Positions 25,244 to 34,589 of a stretch of 64,000 bases of DNA are shown here, piece after piece. The notes beneath the pieces are model-generated. The model was not told the origin of the DNA, searched no databases, and was given only the letters and a program-made list of their open reading frames with translations. Positions within the stretch are counted from its first letter, which is position 1. Every line of letters starts with the position of its first letter. Location of the stretch: positions 32,001 through 96,000 of the forward strand of contig CAWGED010000008.1 of assembly GCA_963821525.1 (NCBI GenBank), in the 5' to 3' direction. The DNA comes from an uncultured Gemmatimonadales bacterium (GTDB taxonomy: Bacteria; Gemmatimonadota; Gemmatimonadetes; Gemmatimonadales; GWC2-71-9). Both the position numbers and the translations under genes were made by a program.

Positions 25244-26397
25244 GCGAGCACCTCCTGCAGGCCGCCGAGCAGGATATCGGCCTCGCTGCGGGAAAAGCAG
25301 AGCGGCGGCAGGAGCCGGAGGACCGCCGGATCCGCTGGCGGTGCCGGTCAGGATCCGCCGGGCGAAGAGCGCCCGCTGCACCTCCGCCGCGGGCCGCGGC
25401 ATGCGGAGGCCGAGCAGGAGGCCCCGCCCCTGCACCGTACCGACGCCGAGCGCTGGGCGCCCGCGGCTCAGGTGGGCGCCGACCTCGCCGGCGTTGGCGA
25501 TCAAGCCCCTCCCGCTCGATGACGTCGAGAGTGGCGAGCGCCGCGGCGCAGGGCACCGGCCCGCCGCCGAACGTGCTGCCCAGATCGCCCTGCGCGATGG
25601 TGGCGCTCATCGGTCGGAGCGACCACCGCGCCGATCGGCAGCCCGCCGCCGAGGCCCTTGGCCATGCGTCAGGATGTCGGGCGTGACGCCGAACGACTCC
25701 GCGGCGGTGAACGCGCCGCTGCGGCCGACGCCGCACTGCACCTCGTCGAAGAGCAGCACCGCACCGGCCCGGTCGCAGATCCGGCGCGCGGCCTCGAGGA
25801 ACTCGGGCGCGCAGTCGCGCGCGCCGGCCATCCCCTGCACCGGCTCGACCATCACCGCCGCGACGGTGTCGTCCACCGCCGCCTCCAGCGCCGCGACGTC
25901 GTTGAACGGCACTTGCGGGAGAGCGGCATGCCGGCGCGGCGCGGCTCCGGCTCGTATGCGCGCCGTCGGTAACGGCGAGCGTGGCGACGGTCCGGCCATG
26001 CCAGCCGCCCGCTAACGAGCACGACGAGTTGGCGGCCGGTGGGCTTGCGGGCCAGGAGGAGCGCGTTCTCGTTGGCTTCCGCGCCCGAGTTGCAGAAGAA
26101 GACCCGCCCGAGCGGGTCGGGGCACAGCTCGGCGAGCCGCTCGGCGAGCCCTCGCGGAGCGGATGCGGCACGGCGGTGGAGTAGAAGAGCAGCCGCTGCG
26201 CCTGCTCGGCGATGGCCCGCACGACGTCCGGATGGCTGTGGCCGGTGGCGGCCACCGCGTGCCCGCCGTAGGCGTCGAGCCACTCGGCGCCCGTCCTCAT
26301 CCACCAGCCAGGAGCCGCGGCCGCGGACGGGCCGGACGGGAACTGGGCGTAGACCGGGAGCAGGGCGGCTGGCGTCGCTCCTCGGCGTCTTCAACAC
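25240..26397 (-). CDS. argD: N-acylornithine aminotransferase, class III PLP enzyme (frameshifted)
   Basis: LDAYGGHAVAATGHSHP, FFCNSGAEANENA, WHGRT, VMVEPVQG, LLFDEVQCGVGRSG, GSTFGGGP. Confidence 0.95.
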
Positions 26398-27423
26398 GGA
26401 AACATCCCCCGCCCCGAAGCCCGGCGCTCTCGCAGACCGAGCGCCAGGTTCATCGCCTGCATCGCCTGGCCCCCGGCGCCCTTGACCAGGTTGTCGATCG
26501 CGCCATCACCTGCACCTCTCGACCGTCGCTCGACTCGGCGGCATGGATCAGCGCCAAGTTGGTGCCGACCGCGTGGGTCAGCTCCGGCGGTGCGTCGGGC
26601 ACCCGGACGAACGGCCGGCCCGCGTAGGCCGTCGCGATACCAGCGCCGCTCATGACCTCCCCGCCTCTTGATCCGCGACCCAGCTGGACATGAGTGGTGA
26701 GATGGATGCCGCGCACGAACGGCCCCGAGTGGGTCATCAGCCGGGCACCTGCGTCGGGGCGCCGGTCCACGCCCGCCAGCGCTGCGACCTCCGCCTCGTG
26801 CCGGTGCCCCAGGACCGAGTAGGCGAAGAGGTTGTGCGCCCGCCGGATGGTGCGTCGTCGGCTCGGGCTGCACACCGGCGCCGCTCGAGCCGGTCACCGC
26901 GAAGAGCGCCGGGGCGCCGACGAGACCGGCGCGGGCCAGCGGGATAGAGCGCGAGCTGCGCGGCGGTGGCGAAACAGCCGGGCGCGGCGATGGCTCGCGC
27001 CCCGGAGCGACGGTCCCCAGCACGTCGGCCAGGCCGTAGGTGAAGCGGGGCACGAGCTCGGGAGCCGGGTGCGCGCCGTAGTAGCGGTCGTAGAGCTGGA
27101 GGTCCCGGACCCGGAAGTCGGCGGCCAGATCCACCACGAGGCCCGGCGCCCGCGATCGAACACCTCGGCCGCCAGCTGCGACGATTCGCCGTGCTCGAGG
27201 GCCAGGAACACCACGTCCCGCCGCGCGCAGCTCGGCGGGACGTCGCCGGAGAAGCGGGCGTCGGTGAGCGCGGCGAGCGCCGGATGCACCTCGGCGACCG
27301 GCTTCCCCGCCTGGCTCCGGCTGGTGGCGATGCAATCGGTGACCTCGGGGTGCTGAGAGAGGAGCCGGAGCAGCTCGCCGCCGACGTAGCCGGCGGCGCC
27401 GATGACCGCGACCTACGCCCCAT
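26391..27423 (-). CDS. argC: N-acyl-gamma-glutamyl-phosphate reductase (frameshifted)
   Basis: VIGAAGYVGGELLRLL..HP, VVDLAADFR, IAAPGCFATA, VTGSSGAG, HRHEAE, IDNLVKGAGGQAMQAMNL. Confidence 0.96.
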
Positions 27424-27442
27424 CAGGTTTATCCGCTGGCAG

Positions 27443-28536
27443 TCAGGCGCTCATGGCGGCCAGCTGGCCACCGACGGAAGACGCCTGACGAGTCTCGATG
27501 GCGCTCCGCACGATGCCGACCAGCTTCGCCGCGTCGCGCAGCGCGTTGTGCGCCGGCAGGCCGAGCGGCGCGTGATGTAGTCACGACCCACCTCGTTGTC
27601 GGTGGCGGGGCCGGTGAGAACGGTGACTCGAGGCCGAAGAGATCCCCGCATCAGGGCGACGGCGCCCCAGCAGCCGACCGGATCGGGCGCCGCCATGACG
27701 TAGGCCACCCCGACGCGCATCAGCTCGGCGTCACGCAGGATGTCCTGCACGCCGTACTCGCCCAGGATGCCATCGCCCAGCTCGGCGACGATCACGTCGG
27801 GCTTGGAGCCGGCGAGACGGTTGAAGATCCCCTTCGCCGCCGGCACCGTCATGCCGGCGTGCGTGCTCGCGATCCCGGCGTCGTTGAAGGTGAGCGCGGC
27901 GACGGCGCCGGCGTCCTGCATGGAGAGCGCGTCGCGCATGAGCGAGACGCCGGTGAGCTTGGCGGCGGCGACCCGGAGCCGCTCCGCGTGAGGCCGCGCA
28001 CCAGCTCCGTCGCGGCGACGGTCTTGCCGGCGTTCATGCAGGTGCCCGCGACGTACACCACCGGGACCTGGGACTCCAGCGGTCCGCCGGAGGCACCGCG
28101 TGATCCCGGATGTGCGCGGGACGGCCGATCCGGTCGCCCAGCTCGGGGAAGGCGAGCACGGCGCCGAGCACCTCGGCCCGGAACGGCGGGCCGATGTCGG
28201 GATTGGCCGAGGTGCAGCGGCCGAGGATTCCGCCGAGGTTGAGCACCTCGATCGTGTCGCCCACCGCGATCCGTGCAGGCACCTCGCCGGCGTAGCCGCG
28301 GAGCGCCCGCCGGGCGCCGAGGTGCCGGCCAGCACGTCGCCCGCCCGGAGCGACACCATCCGGCCGGTCACGTCCTCGACCGTGTTGTAGGTGGACTTGT
28401 CGGCCAGGATGCGGACCGCGAGCACGTAGCCTTCGGCGGCGACGATCTCGTCGCCGACGATGACCTCGGGCGCGAGGTGCGCGTTCCGGGTGGAGGAGGC
28501 GATGCGGTCGAGCCGGAGCCGTGTGGTGATTACCAT
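27443..28536 (-). CDS. DUF1611-like P-loop protein embedded in the arg operon (frameshifted; 3' end approximate)
   Basis: Joined frames: ..GARRALRGYAG..LNLGGILG..VVYVAGTCMNAGKT..VAAAKLTG..RDALSMQDAGA..FNDAGIAST..DVIVAELGDGI; co-oriented between argG and argC. Family call is from motif recall. Confidence 0.75.
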
Positions 28537-28555
28537 TGGATCTCTGTTGAGTAAT

Positions 28556-28649
28556 GTCTAGAGTCGACAGTCGATGGTCGTGGTCAGTGCCTTGAGTCCT
28601 GGCGAGCCTGACCCTCGACCCATGACCATCGACTATCGACCGTCGACCC
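28556..28649. repeat. Inverted pair of period-7 arrays (GTCGANN ... NNTCGAC)
   Basis: gtctaga gtcgaca gtcgatg gtc.. mirrored by ..ccatcga ctatcga ccgtcga c; right arm overlaps the argG 3' end. Confidence 0.7.
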
Positions 28650-29831
28650 GTTCCCTTCCCAGCCACCCGCGCCGCCAGCAGCTCCGGAATCGCCGCGACC
28701 CGGGCGAAGGCCCGGGCCTCGTCGCCCGTCCAGAGCCGGTTCTCCTCGCCGTAGGTGGCGACACGCGGTCCATCATCGAGTGAGGGCTGCGGGCGCCGAC
28801 GACCTGGAAGCGGCCGGGCGCGAGCCGCACGCGGGTCTCGCCGTCGACCCGCTGCTGCGAGCTGGTGATCAGCGCCTCGATGTCGCGCAGGGCCGGGTCG
28901 AAGTAGTGCCCTTCGTGCAGCCGGTCGCCGTAGAAGCGGGCCAGCTGGTCCTTCCAGAAGGTCTGCCACTTGGTGAGCACCAGCTTCTCGAGCTCGCGGT
29001 GCGCCGCGATGAGCAGCAGCGCGGCGCCGGCCTCGAAGCCGATCCGGCCCTTGATGCCGAGCGCGGTCTCGCCGACGTGGATGTTGCGGCCGAAGCCGTA
29101 GGCGAGGCCCAGGTCGCCGAGCCGACGAATCAGCTCCGGGCCGTCCAGCGCCTCGCCATCGAGCGCGACCGGGAGCCCGCCGGCCCAGCCGAGCACGATC
29201 TCGCTCGGAGCCGGCGCGTCCGCGGGCGGCTCGAGCAGCTCGGCCGGCGGGCCGGCCCAGGTGTCGTGGGTCCATCCGCCGCCCCAGGTCGTGCCCCACA
29301 GTCCGCGGTTGATGGAGTAGGCGCCGGCCTTGGGAGGCACCGGCAGCCCGCGCTGCTGGAGGTAGGCGATGGCTGCGTCCCGCGAGAGCCCCTCGTCGCG
29401 GATGGGCGTGACGATCTCGAGGTCGGGCGCCAGGACCCGGAAGGCGACGTCGAACCGGACCTGGTCGTTCCCGGCGCCGGTCGAGCCGTGGGCCACGGCC
29501 CTGGCGCCGATGCTCCGCGCCACCTCGATGACCGAGATCGCCTGCTGGGTCCGCTCGGCCGCGACGCTCAGCGGGTAGACCTCGCCCCGCAGCACGTTGC
29601 CCTGGATCAGGAAGCGGACGAAGCGATCGAAGACCTGCTCCCGGGCGTCCACCTCGTGGTGCTCAACGGCCCCGACCGCCTCGGCCTGGCGCCGGATGGC
29701 GTCGCGTTCCTCGGCGGTGGCGCCGCCGGTGTTGACGTAGACGGTATGGACCCGCGCCCCGGCTCGGCCAGCCGGGGGACGCAGTACGAGGTATCGAGCC
29801 CGCCGGAGAAGGCCAGGGCGACAGTTTGCAT
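28633..29831 (-). CDS. argG: Argininosuccinate synthase (frameshifted)
   Basis: VALAFSGGLDTSYC, YPLSV.AER, AHGSTGAGNDQVRFD, YSINRGLWG, GIKGRIGFEA, AHRELEK. Confidence 0.97.
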
Positions 29832-29848
29832 AGTAGATATTTATGCAA
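29826..29848. promoter_or_regulatory. Putative ArgR operator overlapping the argG start
   Basis: AT-rich TTGCATA-N9-TATGCAA inverted repeat; minus strand TGCATAAATAT resembles TG(A/C)AT-type ARG boxes. Confidence 0.55.
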
Positions 29849-29975
29849 TCATGCCGTCTCTCGCAACCCCGTCCCCTGACTCAAGACTGTGTCCCTCATC
29901 ACCGGGGACAAATTGCGCGGTTGCTCCCCCCACGCCTCTCACCTACGCTTGAGGGGCCTTCTGCAAGGACCAAAC

Positions 29976-30212
29976 ATGGTTCCCTCTGATCCAGACTTTT
30001 CCGATGTCCAAGGCGGCGCCTCCTCGACTGCCCCAAGTGGACAGGGCGCCCAGACCTACACGGTGGCCAAGGGCGATACCCTCTCCAAGATCGCCAAGCA
30101 GTTCTATGGCGACGCCAAGCAGTGGAAGAAGATTTTCGAGGCCAACAGCGACAGCATCAAGAATCCTGACCTGATCCATCCGGGCCAGGTGCTCAAGATC
30201 CCCGCTGCATGA
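29976..30212 (+). CDS. Small LysM-domain protein (YgaU/Kbp-like LysM)
   Basis: YTVAKGDTLSKIAKQFYGDAKQWKKIFEAN..IKNPDLIHPGQVLKIP; AAGGA RBS. Confidence 0.92.
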   Translation: MVPSDPDFSDVQGGASSTAPSGQGAQTYTVAKGDTLSKIAKQFYGDAKQWKKIFEANSDSIKNPDLIHPGQVLKIPAA

Positions 30213-30688
30213 ACCGACAGGATGCCATCATGAGAGCCCAACGATTCAACCGAGGCGCCCGGCTGCTGTTGCTCGGCGCCCTGATTGTTTTGGGGTGCAA
30301 GAAACCGGCGCCACCGCCCGCTCAGGAGACCGCGGCCCCGGCCGCCCCGACCGGCGTCACCGTCGCCTCGATCCAGCTCGGCAGCCAGATCGGGGCCGAC
30401 AAATCGGTCACGGCGCCGAAGAGCACCTTTGCCCCGCGCGATACCATCTACGCCGTTATCAGCACGACCGGTGTCGCGACCGACGCGTCGCTGGAAGCGA
30501 TATGGACGTATGTGGGAAGCAAGGAGAAGCAGATCAACCAGGCCTCACAGTCGATCTCACCCACCGGCCCGGCGCAGAGCGAATTTCATATCGCCAAGGC
30601 AACAGCGTGGCCGGAGGGGAAATACCGCGTTGCCATTCTACTGAACGGAGCCACGGCCGGGACAAAGGACTTCGAGGTGAAGAAGTAG
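30209..30688 (+). CDS. Hypothetical lipoprotein with Ig-like beta-sandwich
   Basis: Lipobox-like IVLGC, Pro/Ala linker, WPEGKYRVAILLNG..KDFEV. Confidence 0.8.
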   Translation: MNRQDAIMRAQRFNRGARLLLLGALIVLGCKKPAPPPAQETAAPAAPTGVTVASIQLGSQIGADKSVTAPKSTFAPRDTIYAVISTTGVATDASLEAIWTYVGSKEKQINQASQSISPTGPAQSEFHIAKATAWPEGKYRVAILLNGATAGTKDFEVKK

Positions 30689-30697
30689 AGGAGGCGG

Positions 30698-32740
30698 TTA
30701 CCACCGCTCGGCAAGCGCACGCACGAGAGCACCGAGATTGGCCACGTCGCGGAGGTCAATCACTTCGGCGGGCGAGTGCGAGTAGCGCAGGGGCCACCCG
30801 ATGGCGACGTCGGGGACGCCCCACGCCGAGAAGGTGGACCCATCGTTCCCGCCATTGGTCGTGCCTACCTGGAGCGGGATGGCGGATCCGCGAGCCAGCG
30901 TGACCAGCGAATCCAGATAAGCCGGGGGAGTCACCGAGCTGTTATCGAGAGCCCGGGCCACCGGCCCTTTGCCCAGTGGGGCGAGTCCGAAGCTCTTCGG
31001 CTCGAGTGGGCTATCCGCTGAGACGAAGGTGTCGATCGCGTGAACCCGTGAGGTCGAAACGCCCAGCGAATTGGCCACCGCCTGGGCCCCTTGCAGGCCA
31101 ATTTCTTCCCTCACACTCCAGACGAAAATCACCCGGTGCTTGAGGCGGTCAGGATCAAGTCGCCGCACGGCTAGAAGGAGAGCGGTACAGCCGACCCGGT
31201 CGTCGAATGACCGGCCGGTAGACCGGTTGCCGGCGAGGCGCACGTACTGCTTCGGCATGGTGAGCGTACTCCCCACCACGATCCCGAGAGCTTCCGCCTT
31301 CTCTCTGCTGTCGACCCCAGGATCCGCGCGGATCGCCGAGGGCGAACGGCGCGGTGCCGAATCGACCTTTTCTCTCGGGAGAAAGATCGCAGGCACCGGT
31401 CCGCCCGCTGTGTGAACCAACGCAGGCTGCGCCTCGAACAACGATGGGAAGAATCCGCCCAGCGCGGTGAGATCGAGTGTGCCGTCATCGCGGATGGCGG
31501 AGACCCGGAATCCGATCTCGTCGAGATGCGCGACAATGACGGTCACCGGGTCGCCTTTGCCCAAGTCGAGCCAGAGGTTGCCTGCGGTGTCCACCGTGGG
31601 ACGAGCCCACGAGGGCAACAGTCGCTTGACTGTCTCGCGTACCGAGTCCTCCGCACCGGAAGCCCCGTAGCTCTCGACCAGCGTACCCAGCACGCTGTCG
31701 GCAGAGGCAAGAGAGGGCGGGAGCGTCGTGCGGCTGATTGGCGCTGTTCTCGAAGCACTTGTCGTGATCAGGTCGCCTGGAGATGCAGTCCCACCGATCC
31801 ATTGCGCGACCCGCTGCTGGATCTGGACCACGTCCGCGAGAGATACCGTTTCGACCGGCGTATCGGCGAATCGCGCAGGGAGACTCAGCTGCATCACCTC
31901 CCGCATGCTGGCGGACGGCGGGAGCCGGGAAGGCTGCGGCTCGAGATTGCGGCCGAGTGAATCGGGCTGCCCGTCAACCAGTAGCACTTGATCGAACGGG
32001 CCAAGAATTCGAGACGCCGCGATCAACCCGGTGGCGCCCAGCCGCTGTTCTGCGACTAACGCGACGACTAGCGTACCCTCGCCAGGGCTCGTGGCCGCCA
32101 CGGCTGTGAGCATCGCGGCGCAGGCAGCCCTGCGCCCGACGGCCGGTCCCGATACCAAATCGTCGCCATACCAGCGCACACGCTTGGTCAGGGTCACCGG
32201 GGAGAGCACCTGAACCCCGAGCCGCTCCACTTCCACACGGCTGGCCGCGCCGACATCTACCAGCGCGTCGTCCACCGTGAAGGGGTTTTCGCCGGTGTTC
32301 CGTCCCCTGGTCAGGTGAACCGATCGCACCGCCACCACAGCCGGTACCTCTCCTCGGCGCCCGTTGATCGTCACTCGCTGGCCCTCCAGCTGCTGATCGA
32401 ACAGCGGCCCGGGAGCGGAGCCAACCCGCCGGAGCGTCACGTAGCCATCATCCCGAATCCCTCCGACCACGTATCCCGGCTCGTCCATCGGACAGGCGAG
32501 GAGGCGCTTCGGTGATCCGCTGCCCTGGGTCAGAATGACGTTGTCACTCCGGTCAATCACCGATCCCTTCAGCATCGCCCGCAATGACTGAGCGAATCCC
32601 TGCTCGTAACCGGTGACGGCAGTCGCCTGGCCGAACTGGGTGATCAGATCTCGCAGCTTTGCGGATCCGGCATCCTGCGCCACGGAAGTGATGGGCAGTG
32701 AAAATCCAAGGACAATCGACAAGAGCGCTGAGCGACGCAT
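30698..32740 (-). CDS. Secreted M42-family aminopeptidase with two tandem M42 modules
   Basis: Signal peptide; C-module AHLDEIG, SFDDRVG, REEIG, AIDT, YSHSPAE; N-module homologous but degenerate. Confidence 0.88.
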   Translation of the reverse strand: MRRSALLSIVLGFSLPITSVAQDAGSAKLRDLITQFGQATAVTGYEQGFAQSLRAMLKGSVIDRSDNVILTQGSGSPKRLLACPMDEPGYVVGGIRDDGYVTLRRVGSAPGPLFDQQLEGQRVTINGRRGEVPAVVAVRSVHLTRGRNTGENPFTVDDALVDVGAASRVEVERLGVQVLSPVTLTKRVRWYGDDLVSGPAVGRRAACAAMLTAVAATSPGEGTLVVALVAEQRLGATGLIAASRILGPFDQVLLVDGQPDSLGRNLEPQPSRLPPSASMREVMQLSLPARFADTPVETVSLADVVQIQQRVAQWIGGTASPGDLITTSASRTAPISRTTLPPSLASADSVLGTLVESYGASGAEDSVRETVKRLLPSWARPTVDTAGNLWLDLGKGDPVTVIVAHLDEIGFRVSAIRDDGTLDLTALGGFFPSLFEAQPALVHTAGGPVPAIFLPREKVDSAPRRSPSAIRADPGVDSREKAEALGIVVGSTLTMPKQYVRLAGNRSTGRSFDDRVGCTALLLAVRRLDPDRLKHRVIFVWSVREEIGLQGAQAVANSLGVSTSRVHAIDTFVSADSPLEPKSFGLAPLGKGPVARALDNSSVTPPAYLDSLVTLARGSAIPLQVGTTNGGNDGSTFSAWGVPDVAIGWPLRYSHSPAEVIDLRDVANLGALVRALAERW

Positions 32741-32898
32741 GGAAAATCCCGGAGAGCGAAGGTGGCACAATCTGTTTCTGACCACGTCCCGGCGCCAGCG
32801 ATCAGCGCGTAACCGTGCGACGTCTCGCGTCGCAACGATGGGGCACTTCAGCACTGGACGCCTATTCTCGGCGAAGTGACTCGACCCGGAAGGAAATT

Positions 32899-33519
32899 GT
32901 GGGACTTGCCGTCTATTACAAACTCGGGCTCTCCGGCTTCAACACCCGCGCCTTCGCGACGCAGCGGCTGGAGGATCTTCGAAGGGGAATCGAAGGCCTC
33001 GGCGTGCTCGAGCTGACCAGAGTCTTGTCCTACGCGGGGCCCGACTGTGGTCCCGATGGAAGCGGCGCCTGGAGCAACCCGGGCGAGTTCCTCAAGACCT
33101 GTGCGTGGGGCCACCTCGACGATCCGGGAGCACCTCACCAGCTCATCTCTATCGATCCACTGGAGCTGATGGGATTTGTGGCGTGGATCGGGAGCCGGGT
33201 CGAGCCCCTGACGCTCGGCTTGGCTCGCTATCCCGAAGAGGTCCGCTGCGGCGGCCGCACCCTCCCGACCGGCCTCTCCGGCTGGCATTGGCACGCCAGC
33301 TGTAAGACTCACTATGCGAGGCTGCTGGGCTCGGAGCGATTTCTCGAGTCCCACCGCACCGTCATTTCCGCGCTCGATCTCGCCGAGGAGGTGGGTCTGA
33401 CTGTCGCGGTGCGGGACGAATCGGGATACGCCGACCACCGGGACGCCTCGCGGCTCCTCGCAGTTGCCGAAAGTGCGCTTCGTTATGGGCGACCCGGACC
33501 GGACCCGGCCCGGGTCTGA
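32899..33519 (+). CDS. Hypothetical protein
   Basis: GTG start after AAGGA; globular composition; GWHWHASCKTHYA..H..VISALD..VRDESGY. Confidence 0.65.
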   Translation: MGLAVYYKLGLSGFNTRAFATQRLEDLRRGIEGLGVLELTRVLSYAGPDCGPDGSGAWSNPGEFLKTCAWGHLDDPGAPHQLISIDPLELMGFVAWIGSRVEPLTLGLARYPEEVRCGGRTLPTGLSGWHWHASCKTHYARLLGSERFLESHRTVISALDLAEEVGLTVAVRDESGYADHRDASRLLAVAESALRYGRPGPDPARV

Positions 33520-34487
33520 CGGATGGCTCCGGCAATGTCGTCGAGGTCCTGAGCGGTGAGCGTGGTTGTGGCGGCGGCGATCCAGCCGTCCACCTGTGTT
33601 GCCGAGCGTGCGCCGACGATCGCTCCGGTTACACCCGGCCAGCAGATGGTCCAGGCAACGGCAGCCGCGGCGATCGTGATTCCGTGCCGCTCCGCAATCG
33701 GTTTCAATGCGTCCCGCAGAGCCAGGTTCCGCTCCAGTCGCGGGGGCTGGAACTCCTCGGCTCGTCTCCGCCAGTCATCGGTGGCGAGCGCGGCCATACG
33801 CTCCGCCGAGAACCGGTCGGTCAGAAGCCCTGCCTGCATCGGGCTGTAACAGATCACCCCGGTCCGGTGGGATTTCGCCCACGGAATCACATCGGCAGCC
33901 GCTTCGCGGCGTATCATCGAAAAAGGAGGCTGCAGGGAAACCACATGGCGCATCCGCTCGCACCGGTCGAGCAGTTCCACGTCGAAATTGGACACCCCGG
34001 CGTGTCGCACCTTTCCTTCATCCACGAGCCGGCCCATCTCCGCCCACGAATCCTCGACCGGAGTACCGGCCTGGTCCGGCCAGTGGAATTGATAGAGATC
34101 GATGCGCTCGACGCCGAGGCGTCGGAGCGAGGCCTCACACTCCTTGCGGATCGACGCTGGACGTAACACCGACTGCGCGGGAGTCATCGGATGCTGGTCG
34201 TCCCACACCAGTCCACATTTGGTGAAGACGAGCGGCCGGTCCGCGGGAAGCAGCTCCTTGAGCAGTCGTCCGACGACGCGTTCGGAGTGTCCGTGACCGT
34301 ACACCGCCGCCGTATCGATCCAGTTCACACCAAGCTCGACCGCGTGTCGCATCGCGCTGAGCGATTCAGCGTCGTCCTGCTCACCCCAGCCGAAAGACCA
34401 TCCGCCGCCGCCAACGGCCCAGGCCCCGAAGCCGACAGTGCTGATCAACAGGTTGGTGTTGCCGAGAGGACGGGTAGGGAGGGGCAT
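33483..34487 (-). CDS. Aldo/keto reductase
   Basis: GFGAWAVGG, WIDTAAVYGHGHSE, FTKCG, SLRRLGVERIDLYQFHWP, GVSNF, YSPMQAGLLT. Confidence 0.95.
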   Translation of the reverse strand: MPLPTRPLGNTNLLISTVGFGAWAVGGGGWSFGWGEQDDAESLSAMRHAVELGVNWIDTAAVYGHGHSERVVGRLLKELLPADRPLVFTKCGLVWDDQHPMTPAQSVLRPASIRKECEASLRRLGVERIDLYQFHWPDQAGTPVEDSWAEMGRLVDEGKVRHAGVSNFDVELLDRCERMRHVVSLQPPFSMIRREAAADVIPWAKSHRTGVICYSPMQAGLLTDRFSAERMAALATDDWRRRAEEFQPPRLERNLALRDALKPIAERHGITIAAAAVAWTICWPGVTGAIVGARSATQVDGWIAAATTTLTAQDLDDIAGAIRQTRAGSGPGRP

Positions 34488-34584
34488 TGAGAATTGGTAA
34501 TTGAGAATTGGTAATTGATAATTGAAGATTGAAGATTGAAGATTGAAGATTTGCAATTACAAATTACAAATTCCCAATACAAAT
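34486..34584. repeat. Inverted pair of AT-rich period-7 arrays (AATTGAN / CAAATTN)
   Basis: gaattgg taattga .. (aagattg)x4 followed by caattac aaattac aaattcc caatac aaat. Confidence 0.85.
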
Positions 34585-34589
34585 CCCCT

